DNA of 64,000 nt from Candidatus Cloacimonadales bacterium (GCA_963662275.1 OY759316.1:2496001-2560000), one strand, 5' to 3'; counted from the first letter of the stretch, positions 18,553 to 33,973 are shown. The notes: generated from the sequence alone by a model not told the origin. Made by a program: numbers and translations.

Positions 18553-19491
18553 ATGCCAGAACAATTCCAATTTTTAGGTCGTAACATGTACGACCTGGTC
18601 GATTATAGTTCCGCCGAGATCATGCACATTTTGGAAGCGACCAAAGTCATGAAGGAAATCAATCTTCGTCCCTACAAAAAGATTCCCACCCTTAGAGGCA
18701 AGACCGTCTGTACCCTCTTCTTTGAAAACTCTACAAGAACACTGATGTCATTCGAATTGGCTGCCAATAGACTTAGCGCGGATGTTGTCAGTTTTTCAGC
18801 AGCCACCTCTGCCCTATCCAAAGGAGAAAGCCTACAGGATACCGTCTATACCTTGAATGCCATGGGTATCGATCTGTATATCATCAGGCATTCCTGTGCT
18901 GGAAGTCCTCAACTTGTTTACAAGCATTCGGGAAAGCCAGTGCTAAATGCAGGTGATGGACGTCATGCACACCCGACACAAGCACTGCTGGATATCTTCT
19001 CTATTTGGGAAAGACTGGGAGTTATTGCAGGACTAAAGATCACCATCGTCGGTGATATCCTCCATAGCAGAGTAGTTCGTTCTAACCTCATCGGCATGAT
19101 TAAACTCGGTGCAGAAGTGACAGTCTGCGGTCCACGTACACTCATGCCAGGATACATGGAAGAAGTGTATGGCTGCAAGGTGGAATATGACCTGGAAACA
19201 GCTCTCAAGGATGCAGATGTGGTCATGGGTTTGCGTATGCAATTAGAAAGACAGAGTGATGGTCTATTTCCCAGTTTGGAAGAATACACGAATCACTATG
19301 TTCTATCGAAACGTACGTTGAAGTTTGCCAAGAAGGATGCATTAATCATGCATCCAGGTCCTATGAATCGCGGTATTGAAATCTTACCTGAAATAGCAGA
19401 TAGCCAGCAGAGTATCATCGTAGAACAGGTTGCCAATGGCGTTGCCGTAAGAATGGCACTTCTCTTCCTGATACTCGGTGGGAACATGTAG
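18553..19491 (+). CDS. pyrB: Aspartate carbamoyltransferase catalytic subunit
   Basis: FFENSTRT, HPTQALLD, HPGPMNRG motifs. Confidence 0.97.
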   Translation: MPEQFQFLGRNMYDLVDYSSAEIMHILEATKVMKEINLRPYKKIPTLRGKTVCTLFFENSTRTLMSFELAANRLSADVVSFSAATSALSKGESLQDTVYTLNAMGIDLYIIRHSCAGSPQLVYKHSGKPVLNAGDGRHAHPTQALLDIFSIWERLGVIAGLKITIVGDILHSRVVRSNLIGMIKLGAEVTVCGPRTLMPGYMEEVYGCKVEYDLETALKDADVVMGLRMQLERQSDGLFPSLEEYTNHYVLSKRTLKFAKKDALIMHPGPMNRGIEILPEIADSQQSIIVEQVANGVAVRMALLFLILGGNM

Positions 19492-19496
19492 GAGGA

Positions 19497-20768
19497 ATGA
19501 TGAAGATAGTAATTAAAAATGGCAACATCTATGAAAACCTGCACTTCATTAAGAAAGACATCCTAATAGAAAACGACCTGATCACAGAAATATCCGAGAT
19601 AATTGAATGTGAAGCAGATCGAGTCATTGATGCTACCGATAAATACATATTCCCTGGATTCATTGATCTACATTGTCACTTGCGTGACCCGGGACAGACA
19701 CATAAGGAAGATATTGTAAGCGGAACCATGGCTGCTGCAAAAGGTGGATTCACAACCATCTGCGCCATGCCGAATACCGACCCCGTAATCGATAACATAG
19801 CAACAGTGGAATACATTCGTCGTAAATCTCATGACCTGGGATATGCCAAAGTCCTTGTCATCGGTGCCATGACTAAAAAGGCGGAAGGAAAGGAAATATC
19901 GGAAATGGCAACTATGCAGAAAGGTGGTATTGTTGCAATAAGTGATGATGGAAATTGTGTACAGAATGCCAAGCTCATGCAGAATTGCCTGAAGTATGCT
20001 GCCAATTTCAATATCCCTGTCATTATCCATGCAGAAGACTACAACCTTGCCGGAAAAGGACAGATAAACGCTGGAAAGATATCTACAAAGATCGGATTGG
20101 GTGGTATTCCCGGTCTTGCTGAAGAGATCATCATTTCACGTGATATCATGCTAGCTGAATCAACCAAAGCCAGGTTACATATAGCCCATATTTCTACATT
20201 AAAATCAGTTGAATTGGTCAGGCAGGCTAAATTACGGGGACTTCCCATAACCTGTGAAGTGACACCTCATCACCTGACGCTCACAGAAGATGCTGCAGAG
20301 ATGTTTGATACGAACACAAAGGTAAAACCACCCCTGCGTTCAAATAGTGACAGGATGGCTTTAATTGATGGTTTGAATGCTGGAATCATTGATTTCATTG
20401 CCACCGATCATGCACCCCATTCTGATTTCGAGAAAGAGCTGGAATTTGATTATGCTCCCTTTGGGATCAATGGATTTGAAACTGCATTTGCTTCACTTTA
20501 CACTCATTTGGTTAAAACCGGATTAGTAAGCCTGGAAAGAATCATTGAAGCTATGACAATAGCCCCTGCACAATTCCTTTCATTGCCTACGGGAACACTT
20601 GAAGTAGGGAAGCAAGCGGATATATCGATAGCTAACCTTGCTGCTACCATCGATATCTCACCCGAGAATATGCTGTCGAAATCAAAGAATACACCTTATC
20701 TCGGAAAGACTCTACAAGGCAGCATTGAAACAACGATATGCAATGGCAGAGTCACATGGGAAATATGA
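19497..20768 (+). CDS. pyrC: Dihydroorotase (type I)
   Basis: DLHCHLRDPG, AMPNT, KVKPPLR, ATDHAPH motifs. Confidence 0.96.
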   Translation: MMKIVIKNGNIYENLHFIKKDILIENDLITEISEIIECEADRVIDATDKYIFPGFIDLHCHLRDPGQTHKEDIVSGTMAAAKGGFTTICAMPNTDPVIDNIATVEYIRRKSHDLGYAKVLVIGAMTKKAEGKEISEMATMQKGGIVAISDDGNCVQNAKLMQNCLKYAANFNIPVIIHAEDYNLAGKGQINAGKISTKIGLGGIPGLAEEIIISRDIMLAESTKARLHIAHISTLKSVELVRQAKLRGLPITCEVTPHHLTLTEDAAEMFDTNTKVKPPLRSNSDRMALIDGLNAGIIDFIATDHAPHSDFEKELEFDYAPFGINGFETAFASLYTHLVKTGLVSLERIIEAMTIAPAQFLSLPTGTLEVGKQADISIANLAATIDISPENMLSKSKNTPYLGKTLQGSIETTICNGRVTWEI

Positions 20769-20769
20769 A

Positions 20770-21519
20770 ATGAGAGATGTATATCCTGTCATAAGTAATA
20801 CAGGTCTGAATCAGAACTATTACGTACTGGAAGTGAACGCTCCTGCAATTGCTTCATCCGCACTCCCAGGACAGTTCTGTCAGATACTACCTGTTCATTT
20901 CACAATGCCTATGCTCAGAATTCCCATCAGTATTTATGATGTGGAAGGAAAGGCAGTCAAATTCATGATCAAAGTCGTTGGACAGGGAACATCACTGTTA
21001 TCCCAATTGCAAAGAAGTGATATGATAGACATCATTGGTCCCTTGGGGAACGGATTCCAGTATAAAAATATGAAACGTGCAGTGCTTGTCAGTGGCGGTG
21101 TTGGCTATGCCCCGCTTGCCTTCCTGAAAACTAACTTGGCGAACATTGAAACGCATTGGCTGCATGGTGGGACTTGTAAAGATGATACATTTCCCTGTGA
21201 TGATACATATACGAATGACGGCAGCCTTGGAAGCCGAGGATTTGTCACAGATGGTCTAAAGAAGTATCTTTCTCATAATAAGACTGATATGATTTATGCC
21301 TGTGGACCGAAAGCCATGTTGGCAACATGTGTTTCAATCGCAAAAGAACATCAAACGCCCATCCAGGTGTCCATGGAAGAATACATGGCTTGTGGAATTG
21401 GCGTGTGTTATGGGTGCGTTATCCCTGTCGTGCGATTGAATGATAATAATCCCTTATACAAAAGAGTTTGTAAAGATGGTCCAATATTTAACGGATATGA
21501 GGTAGATTGGAATGAATAA
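20770..21519 (+). CDS. pyrK: Dihydroorotate dehydrogenase electron-transfer subunit
   Basis: GPLGNGF, GGVGYAP, CGPKAML, MACGIGVCYGC...VCKDGP [2Fe-2S] motif; start set at ATG 20770. Confidence 0.93.
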   Translation: MRDVYPVISNTGLNQNYYVLEVNAPAIASSALPGQFCQILPVHFTMPMLRIPISIYDVEGKAVKFMIKVVGQGTSLLSQLQRSDMIDIIGPLGNGFQYKNMKRAVLVSGGVGYAPLAFLKTNLANIETHWLHGGTCKDDTFPCDDTYTNDGSLGSRGFVTDGLKKYLSHNKTDMIYACGPKAMLATCVSIAKEHQTPIQVSMEEYMACGIGVCYGCVIPVVRLNDNNPLYKRVCKDGPIFNGYEVDWNE

Positions 21520-22519
21520 ACAGATTTTACCACCAACTTCAGGCAATCATTCCATAGCTCCGGGTTCAACCGGTTGTCCAGTAGCTCCACCTCTCGTGGC
21601 TCCGGGTTCAGCCGGTTGTCTTCAAACCAACATTGGCAGACTCACACTCCTCAACCCTGTCACAGTAGCCTCCGGTACCTTTGGTATCGAAAGTAGTGAA
21701 TACCTTGATTTGAATCTTCTCGGTGCTATTGTAACTAAAACCATTACTAAAGCACCGAAAGATGGAAATCCACCTCCCAGGTTATTTGAGGTTCCAGGCG
21801 GTCTACTTAACTCCATAGGTCTACAGAACCCCGGATTGAATTCATTCATCAATGATATGCTTCCATTATATTCTAAATACTCTCCCCCTCTGATTGTCAG
21901 TTTCTCAGGTTCATCCATATCTGAATTTGAAGAAGTGCTTCAAAGGTTGGAAGAACAGGAAAGTATTGCCGGTTACGAAGTGAATGTATCCTGTCCAAAT
22001 GTAAAAAAACAAGGCATCGCCTTTGGAACAGATGCAGATGTTTTGTTTGAACTAACCCAAAAGCTGAGGGCACTGACTGAAAAACAACTGATAATAAAAT
22101 TAACACCCAATGTAACAGACATTGTAACTCTTGCACAAGCGGCTGTGAATGGTGGTGCAGATTGCCTGGCTCTCATCAATAGCCTCTATGGTATGGCTAT
22201 CGATTGGAAGACTGGTAAAACAAGAATTGCCAAAGGAATTGCAGGATATACAGGTGCTGCAATCAAACCGGTTGCCTTAGCGAATGTATACAAAGTAGCG
22301 CAGAAGATCAATATTCCAATCATTGCTATGGGTGGTATCTATTCCTGGCAGGATGCGCTTGAATTCATCTATGCAGGGGCTTCTGCAGTAGCTATTGGAA
22401 CAGGACAGTTTATTCAACCTGATCTGGCAATCCAGGTCATTGAGGGCTTAGAAGCTTTTATAATAGAAATGAACAAAAATATAGACAACTTCCATGGTAG
22501 TGTATGGGGTATCCAATAA
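21512..22519 (+). CDS. pyrD: Dihydroorotate dehydrogenase family 1B catalytic subunit
   Basis: ASGTFG, GNPPPR, NSIGLQNPG, NVSCPN, KLTPN motifs; repeat-containing N-terminal extension. Confidence 0.95.
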   Translation: MNKQILPPTSGNHSIAPGSTGCPVAPPLVAPGSAGCLQTNIGRLTLLNPVTVASGTFGIESSEYLDLNLLGAIVTKTITKAPKDGNPPPRLFEVPGGLLNSIGLQNPGLNSFINDMLPLYSKYSPPLIVSFSGSSISEFEEVLQRLEEQESIAGYEVNVSCPNVKKQGIAFGTDADVLFELTQKLRALTEKQLIIKLTPNVTDIVTLAQAAVNGGADCLALINSLYGMAIDWKTGKTRIAKGIAGYTGAAIKPVALANVYKVAQKINIPIIAMGGIYSWQDALEFIYAGASAVAIGTGQFIQPDLAIQVIEGLEAFIIEMNKNIDNFHGSVWGIQ

Positions 22520-22538
22520 TTTACGCAAAAATGATGAA

Positions 22539-22739
22539 ATGAAAGTTACTTCCAGGTTCTCTCTGATAAAAATGCAGCCAAGTAGAATCAAATGCATTGA
22601 ATGTGGAAAATGCAATCAAAGCTGTCCTATGGATGTTGATGTTATGAAGTATATTAGTCAAGGCAAGAAAGTAACCAGTACAGAATGTATCCTTTGCGGG
22701 TTATGCCACAATGTATGCCCAGTGGGAGCGATTAAGTAA
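22539..22739 (+). pseudogene. 2x[4Fe-4S] ferredoxin-type fragment resembling the C-terminus of NapH/YccM-like membrane Fe-S proteins
   Basis: CIECGKCNQSCPM and CILCGLCHNVCP; no membrane N-terminus and no clear RBS. Could instead be a small ferredoxin. Confidence 0.55.
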
Positions 22740-22967
22740 ACTCTATTAAGCTTGAATCTTTCTGCATTCAATACAATAATGATAAATTGATCGTGTGGAC
22801 TTAAGCGATAACTGTGGCTATTAGGGAAACTTAGAGAATTTATACTAAAACCACTTCTTATATTTTCCAGCGAATTATGTTTTCTTCATGCTGTTTCGTG
22901 GTTAAAATCTGTTCTTCTCTTCCGTTCGCACTTCGCACTTCGCACTTACAAAAAGAAAAGGGCGTAA

Positions 22968-23084
<117 letters not shown>

Positions 23085-23154
23085 TACGCCCTTCATACTT
23101 GTTCAATATGCTGAGTTAGGTAAGACGATAAAGGAGCAAGTGTAAAAGTTTTTA

Positions 23155-26281
<3,127 letters not shown>

Positions 26282-26318
26282 ATATCGACTTCTACACTCG
26301 CTCCCACGTCTATACTAC

Positions 26319-26331
26319 TTTTCAAAGATCG
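26319..26331 (-). promoter_or_regulatory. rrn boxA in the 16S-23S spacer (second boxA in the leader at ~28072-28084)
   Basis: CGATCTTTGAAA on the minus strand at both sites. Confidence 0.7.
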
Positions 26332-26465
26332 CTGGCTGATATATCGCTATATCCGCCTGTTTAAATTATCAAAAAATGGAGTGAAGTCAGCGCTTTGCGA
26401 ATGAAATTCATTTGTATGGAAGTTGACCATTTGATCTTACATTTTCTATTGATCGTTTCCTTACA

Positions 26466-28018
<1,553 letters not shown>

Positions 28019-28471
28019 CCTAAACTCATTATCTTCGCAAGTTGCTTCACTTTCACTCCACTTCTATGTTCATTTCAAAGATCGAAACAGGCTTCAACTT
28101 ATCCGTCCCCGCCCATTTGGTTTTGCCAATCTGCTTATCCTCGTTTTCCTGTCAAGGATTTCGTAAATTATATTTCGTTTTTTTTTACTTAACTTGTATA
28201 AAGAGTGTTTTACCCCTCGCTGTACTTAAAGAAAAACTATATTCTATATTATAAATTAGAAGCTGATAATTCAAAATTGTAAATTGCTGATATTCATAAT
28301 TAACCATTTACTGAAGATAATTTATGCTTTTCTACACTTTCTTCAAAGATACCTATTTGTTATTTCAAATTTTTCTTGCCTTTTCAAGCGATTGAATAAA
28401 TTTCGGAAAAAACTTGAATATAAATGAACAATCAAAAGATTGGTATTATCTCTCAAATAAGGAGATTCATG

Positions 28472-28939
28472 ATGGCTAAAATTATTGAAGGGAAATTAAT
28501 TTCCAAGAACTCTAAGTACGCTTTGGTTGTAAGCCGTTTCAACGAATTCATCAGCAACAAGTTGCTTGAAGGCGCAATGGATTGCCTGCTTCGTCATGGG
28601 GCTAAAGATGACGAACTTACAATCATTTGGGTCACTGGTGCTTTTGAAATTCCCCCTACAGCGATGAAAGCTGCTAAGTCCGGTAAATATGATGCTGTAA
28701 TTTGTCTAGGTGCCGTTATTCGTGGCGCTACACCTCATTTTGAATACGTAAGTTCGGAAGTATCCAAAGGAATCGCTACTGCTGCTATGCATAGCGAAGT
28801 TCCAGTAATTTATGGTGTTTTAACCACAGATTCCATTGAACAGGCAATCGAAAGAGCCGGTACTAAAGCTGGTAATAAAGGTTGGGATGCAGCCTTATCT
28901 GCAATTGAGATGATCAATCTATATAAGGAAATGATTTAA
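28472..28939 (+). CDS. ribH: 6,7-dimethyl-8-ribityllumazine synthase
   Basis: [51 protein letters not shown] before 28472. Confidence 0.97.
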   Translation: MAKIIEGKLISKNSKYALVVSRFNEFISNKLLEGAMDCLLRHGAKDDELTIIWVTGAFEIPPTAMKAAKSGKYDAVICLGAVIRGATPHFEYVSSEVSKGIATAAMHSEVPVIYGVLTTDSIEQAIERAGTKAGNKGWDAALSAIEMINLYKEMI

Positions 28940-29385
28940 TGGGTTTACGCCGTAAAGCCCGTGAAATGGTGCTTCAGACATTGTTTGCTATTGATTTCCA
29001 AGAACGTGACCCGGAATTCGGTGAACTTGGACTGTTGAATCATTACGAGGATATTCTAATAGAAATTGCTGCAACAGATGATATCACACCTGAAGATCAA
29101 CGTTATGTTTTCGCAGAGGATCTTATTCGCTGTACAATTCAGAATCTAAGTGAGATTGATTCCATTATCACCAAACACACCAAAAACTGGTCACTGGAAC
29201 GACTGGCAACTATAGATCGTAATATTTTACGTCTTGCCGTTGCTGAATTATACTTCACTGATACACCTGCTGCTATCGTTATCAATGAAGCAATTGAAAT
29301 TGCCAAGAAGTTCAGTACAGAACAATCCGGCAAATTCGTGAATGGAATACTCGACAAAATACAAAGTGAACAGCCAAAAAAATGA
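28939..29385 (+). CDS. nusB: Transcription antitermination factor NusB
   Basis: RRKARE, DRNILRLA, INEAIEIAKKF, FVNGILD; follows ribH. Confidence 0.96.
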   Translation: MGLRRKAREMVLQTLFAIDFQERDPEFGELGLLNHYEDILIEIAATDDITPEDQRYVFAEDLIRCTIQNLSEIDSIITKHTKNWSLERLATIDRNILRLAVAELYFTDTPAAIVINEAIEIAKKFSTEQSGKFVNGILDKIQSEQPKK

Positions 29386-30284
29386 ATAACACAAATACTT
29401 TAGAAGTCAGTATTGGAGTCATTGTCTATAATGAAGCAGATAATATCCTGCATCTATTAAAAGCATTAGACGACCAGATACTCAACGTGGTTACCATCCG
29501 GGAAATTATAGTTGTTTCCAGTGCCTGTACAGATGGCGCGGATGATTTAGTCCGCACGTATATGGAAACTCACCCCAAAGTTCAACTGATTACAGAACCA
29601 GCCCGTAATGGCAAATCAGCAGCGATTAATTTATTTCTCCAAGCTTCGACCTGCGATATTTGCATTATTGAAAGCGGCGACACTATACCTGCGAAAGAAA
29701 CCGTTGAAAAGATAGTTTCACCATTCCTCAATCTTAGAATAGGTATGACTGGGGCACGTCCAATGCCGGTGAATTCAGATGATAGTTTCATTGGTTATGC
29801 TGTCCATCTCTTATGGCGTTTACATCATAGGATGGCGCAAATTTCTCCCAAACTGGGAGAAATGGTGGCATTCCGAAAGATATTCAATGAAATACAGACT
29901 GATAGTGCAGTTGATGAAGCAAGTATTGAAGCCTTGGTTCGTGATAAACATTATAAGCTGCGCTACGTAGGTGAAGCAATTGTGTATAATAAGGGTCCTG
30001 AGAATATCAAGGATTTTATCAAACAAAGACGCCGTATCGAAACAGGACACCTATGGCTGATGAAAAACCAAGGGTACACAGTTGCCTCCCAAAAAAGCAA
30101 TATCCTGGTAAGAATACTTATTGATGAATTTCTGGAAGCTCCTATCACTGTTATTTGTATTTTTACGGTGATGTTTCTTGAGTATTATTGCCGTTTACTT
30201 GGAAAATATGACTTCTATGTTAAAAAGAGTAATCCCTTTAAATGGGATATCTCAGAATCGACTAAAAATCTTAATAAAGAGTGA
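29382..30284 (+). CDS. GT2 family glycosyltransferase
   Basis: YNEADNI, GKSAAIN, GEMVAFR, QRRR motifs. Confidence 0.85.
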   Translation: MNNTNTLEVSIGVIVYNEADNILHLLKALDDQILNVVTIREIIVVSSACTDGADDLVRTYMETHPKVQLITEPARNGKSAAINLFLQASTCDICIIESGDTIPAKETVEKIVSPFLNLRIGMTGARPMPVNSDDSFIGYAVHLLWRLHHRMAQISPKLGEMVAFRKIFNEIQTDSAVDEASIEALVRDKHYKLRYVGEAIVYNKGPENIKDFIKQRRRIETGHLWLMKNQGYTVASQKSNILVRILIDEFLEAPITVICIFTVMFLEYYCRLLGKYDFYVKKSNPFKWDISESTKNLNKE

Positions 30285-30286
30285 TA

Positions 30287-31369
30287 ATGTTAGAATTGAT
30301 ACCCCGCATTCTTGGATATAAATTGTTTTACGCCATTGGCTTTCCCAAGCTCATGCCGATGAATTATACAGTTAGCCTTCTGTATGAATGCAACTCCAAA
30401 TGCAGCACCTGTAATATCTGGAAAAAGAAGACAGATAAACTGACTGCTGCAGAGTATGGAAAGATGTTCAAAAATATCGGTCATTCTCCCTACTGGATCA
30501 CATTCAGCGGTGGCGAACCTTTCCTCAGGGCTGATCTTGCAGAAGTAGTAAAAACGATCTATGATGCTTCCTATCCAAAAATTATCAATATTCCGACAAA
30601 TGGCATCCTGACCAATAAAATTGTCAAGGATGTGGAAAAAATATGTAACGCCTGTCCGAAGAGCCAAGTCATTATCAATGTTTCATTGGATGGTATCGAT
30701 ACTGAACATGACAACATCCGCAATGTACCGGGTAATTATAAAAAATCTGTTACCACTTTCAAGAAACTGAAGTCTCTTGAATTGAAGAATTTGGCAGTTG
30801 GAATTCATACTGTCATATCGCAGTTTAATGTGGATAATTTCACCTACATTGCCAGTAATCTGATGGCATTGGAACCGGACTCATATATCACTGAAATTGC
30901 TGAAGAAAGGGTAGAGTTGGATACGATTGGGATGGAAATTACGCCAAGTATCCTGGCATACAAATCAGCGATAGATTTTCTGATACATCGAATCAAGAAT
31001 GGAAAGTTTAAAGGTGTGAATAAGATCACCATGGCATTCCGTATCGAATACTACAACCTGGTCAAGCGTATCCTCCGTGATAAGAAACAGATCATTCCCT
31101 GTTATTCAGGACTTGCATCCGCACAAATATCCCCCGCTGGTGATTTGTGGAGTTGCTGCATCAAAGCAAAAACCCATGGCAATCTTAAAAAAAATGGGTT
31201 TGATTTCAGGAAGTTATGGTTTAGTCCTGATATGAATAAAGAAAGACTGTCCATTAAAAATAAACAATGCTGGTGTCCACTGGCTAACGCTTCCTATACG
31301 AACATGTTGATGGATTTTCCAACACTGTTCAGGGTTTTTCATCGCAGTTTTCTGAAATGGTGGACTTGA
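30287..31369 (+). CDS. Radical SAM protein with SPASM/twitch-like C-terminus
   Basis: CNSKCSTC, SGGEPFLR, VSLDG, C-terminal CYSG...CC...CWCP; start may be 30281 or 30287. Confidence 0.88.
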   Translation: MLELIPRILGYKLFYAIGFPKLMPMNYTVSLLYECNSKCSTCNIWKKKTDKLTAAEYGKMFKNIGHSPYWITFSGGEPFLRADLAEVVKTIYDASYPKIINIPTNGILTNKIVKDVEKICNACPKSQVIINVSLDGIDTEHDNIRNVPGNYKKSVTTFKKLKSLELKNLAVGIHTVISQFNVDNFTYIASNLMALEPDSYITEIAEERVELDTIGMEITPSILAYKSAIDFLIHRIKNGKFKGVNKITMAFRIEYYNLVKRILRDKKQIIPCYSGLASAQISPAGDLWSCCIKAKTHGNLKKNGFDFRKLWFSPDMNKERLSIKNKQCWCPLANASYTNMLMDFPTLFRVFHRSFLKWWT

Positions 31370-31402
31370 TAACGTTCTATCATTTGCTGAAGGGATGGTT
31401 AC

Positions 31403-32839
31403 ATGTTGAGTATTAAGGCATCATCTGCAAATCATGAAAGCAATATATTTTTTTCAACCTATTTCCAGGGGAAAAGCAATTTTATAGCTCTTGCCACCCA
31501 TACTTCCCTAAAAAGCGAATTATATGATCAAATTAATTCTTTCATAATTAACGAATTACTTCTGCAGGATTTAGAGAATTCCACAAAAGATAAAGTGGAA
31601 GAAGCTTTAAAAGAGTTCTTTGTTGAATTGAACTGGAAACTATATGCTAAATTCAGACAAACCAATCTTCCCGAACAGGGAATTTCCTTACTCCTTGCCT
31701 TAGTTTTCAATAATGACGTTTATCTTGTCCAATTCGGACGAATGCTATGCTGTACGATTTGTGGAAAGAAACTGACTGAGGTAGGAAGACCTTGGGAAAA
31801 TTTTCATGTAAAATCTAAGAACGATCTATTCCTGCTGGGCAGCATTGATGATAATATCCCGGTGAAGGTACTCCAAGTTGAATTGAAGCCGGGAATGTAT
31901 TTCTTCTGTCTTCCTTCCACCCACACAGATAACTTTAGCCGACAAATCGACGATGAAGTATTACCGTTACAATATCTGTTTAATTTGTATGTGGATACTC
32001 CATTCCCCTATTTTACCCTGGGGGCAGATATCAAGAAATTGAGTAAGAAGAAGTCCTTTTTCCGCAGGAAAAAGTTTAGAATTACTGCTATTATCGCAGC
32101 TATACTCATTACTATTGCCATCTTATATGTGAAACAAGGCAACAACTTTATCCAGGAATACATCAATCGTATGCGTTTGTTATTCAAACATCAGAACCAA
32201 ATTATTCAATTGACACATGTTTTGGATAATGCAACACCGCAATTGGAAAAACAGATCAAGCAGATAGAAAAAGTTGCTATGTCTCCTGCAAGAGCAATAG
32301 GTTTGAAATCTCAAGTCATCGGAAATCTTGCTTATCCTGTTACTACAGAACCGCAATGGGATATTGATAACATCTATCTGACAAGCCATAACAGGTTGAT
32401 CGCCCTTGATAAGAGAACTCGTATTGTTAAGTGGGAAAAGCAATTTGGTAATGAACTTCTTTTCGTCAAGAAAGTAGAAGATAAAGAATTGCTTGTTATG
32501 GAAAAGAATAAGCAGATAATGCTCATTCACAGTGATGGAAAAGAAGCCTGGAAGAACAGCTCTATTCAATACAAATCTACAATTGAGTATCCTTCTAAAT
32601 ACACATCTCCCTATGAGATTACATATCGAGAAGATGCCAGGCTTAATGGTAGTGTCCTGGTTTTCAAAGCCATAGATTTGATTTATATCGTTAATTCTCT
32701 GACTGGTGAAATGATTTCCAAATATCGTTTCAATGAATCCATCGACTTCATCAGCAGCTATGATCCTTTAGATCATTGCTTTTATTTAATCATAGATCGG
32801 TCGCTGGTAAAACTCACTCTCGAAATTAAAAGCTGGTAG
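31403..32839 (+). CDS. Hypothetical membrane protein: degenerate PP2C-like N-terminus, one TM helix, PQQ-like beta-propeller C-terminus
   Basis: Hydrophobic ITAIIAAILITIAILYV after a basic patch; LIALDKRTRIVKWE propeller-like repeats; domain calls by resemblance only. Confidence 0.55.
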   Translation: MLSIKASSANHESNIFFSTYFQGKSNFIALATHTSLKSELYDQINSFIINELLLQDLENSTKDKVEEALKEFFVELNWKLYAKFRQTNLPEQGISLLLALVFNNDVYLVQFGRMLCCTICGKKLTEVGRPWENFHVKSKNDLFLLGSIDDNIPVKVLQVELKPGMYFFCLPSTHTDNFSRQIDDEVLPLQYLFNLYVDTPFPYFTLGADIKKLSKKKSFFRRKKFRITAIIAAILITIAILYVKQGNNFIQEYINRMRLLFKHQNQIIQLTHVLDNATPQLEKQIKQIEKVAMSPARAIGLKSQVIGNLAYPVTTEPQWDIDNIYLTSHNRLIALDKRTRIVKWEKQFGNELLFVKKVEDKELLVMEKNKQIMLIHSDGKEAWKNSSIQYKSTIEYPSKYTSPYEITYREDARLNGSVLVFKAIDLIYIVNSLTGEMISKYRFNESIDFISSYDPLDHCFYLIIDRSLVKLTLEIKSW

Positions 32840-32854
32840 GTGCTGCAGAAGAGG

Positions 32855-33973
32855 CTAGAGACCCAAATATTCCCTCTTAAATCTATTAAATAGCTCCTTG
32901 ACACTAATAATTTCTTTATTCAAAAATCCATTACTTCCAGAACAGCAAATTCCTTCTTCAACATTCCCCTGTTGAGCATTAATTAATGCCTGTGCGATAC
33001 AAAAAGAGACTTCATTGAACTTGCATGTATGAAGACATTGGTAGTGACATGATTTAGGCTTCTTCATACCTTTCAGGACAAGATCGATGAACTTGGTTTT
33101 CAAGACACGCAGCGGTAAACCGACAGGACTTTGGATTACGGTGATATCATCTTCAGAACATGCCTTGAGATATTGATTCTTGAATTCCTGGCTGGCATCA
33201 CATTCATCGGTAGTAATGAACCGGGTTCCTATTTGTGCACCTGCAGCACCCATATCAACGAACTTCTTGATATCAGCACCGGTTTGTACACCCCCTGCTA
33301 CAAATACAGGTATCCTCTTCCCATACATTTTTTCATAATTGTTTGTCACAATCAGTACTTTAGGTAACTGCTGTTCCAGATTAAAGTCATTCTTACCAAT
33401 TTCGTCAAGCTTTACACCCTGGTGTCCGCCTGAATATGGACTTTCAAGTACAACAGCATCCGGTATGTATTGATAGGATTTGAACCATTTACGGATCAGT
33501 AAATCCAAGGCTCTATCCGTTGAAACAATAGGTACAAGCTTTGTCTTTGATCCTGTGGTTAGAAATTCCGGTAAATTCAAAGGTAACCCTGCACCGCAGA
33601 TGATCATATCCACTTGTTCTTTGATAGCTACTTGTACCATATCGGCAAAGTTAGTCAATGCTACCATTATATTGACGGCAAGAACACCTTTAGTCAATTC
33701 TCTGGCTTTCCGAATCTCATTAGCAAGTGCTCTTCTATGTGCTTCCAGCGGATTGGTTTTAAAATCGAATTCACGAAAACCTGGAGCCACTCCGGATATA
33801 GTTCCCACACCACCTTCATTGGCTACTGCCGCAGCTAAATGAGAAAATGAGACTCCAATTCCCATACCACCCTGGATAATTGGTACATTTAGCACCAAAT
33901 CACCAATATTTGTTTGTTTCATCGAGATTTTTAATTCTTCGAAACGTTGAACAACTGACTGAAGAGCGTTCAT
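32855..33973 (-). CDS. Nitronate monooxygenase / 2-nitropropane dioxygenase (FabK-like) flavoprotein
   Basis: PIIQGGMGIG, GAGLP, GGHQG, AGGV, AQIGTRF; AGGAG RBS before ATG 33973. Confidence 0.88.
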   Translation of the reverse strand: MNALQSVVQRFEELKISMKQTNIGDLVLNVPIIQGGMGIGVSFSHLAAAVANEGGVGTISGVAPGFREFDFKTNPLEAHRRALANEIRKARELTKGVLAVNIMVALTNFADMVQVAIKEQVDMIICGAGLPLNLPEFLTTGSKTKLVPIVSTDRALDLLIRKWFKSYQYIPDAVVLESPYSGGHQGVKLDEIGKNDFNLEQQLPKVLIVTNNYEKMYGKRIPVFVAGGVQTGADIKKFVDMGAAGAQIGTRFITTDECDASQEFKNQYLKACSEDDITVIQSPVGLPLRVLKTKFIDLVLKGMKKPKSCHYQCLHTCKFNEVSFCIAQALINAQQGNVEEGICCSGSNGFLNKEIISVKELFNRFKREYLGL

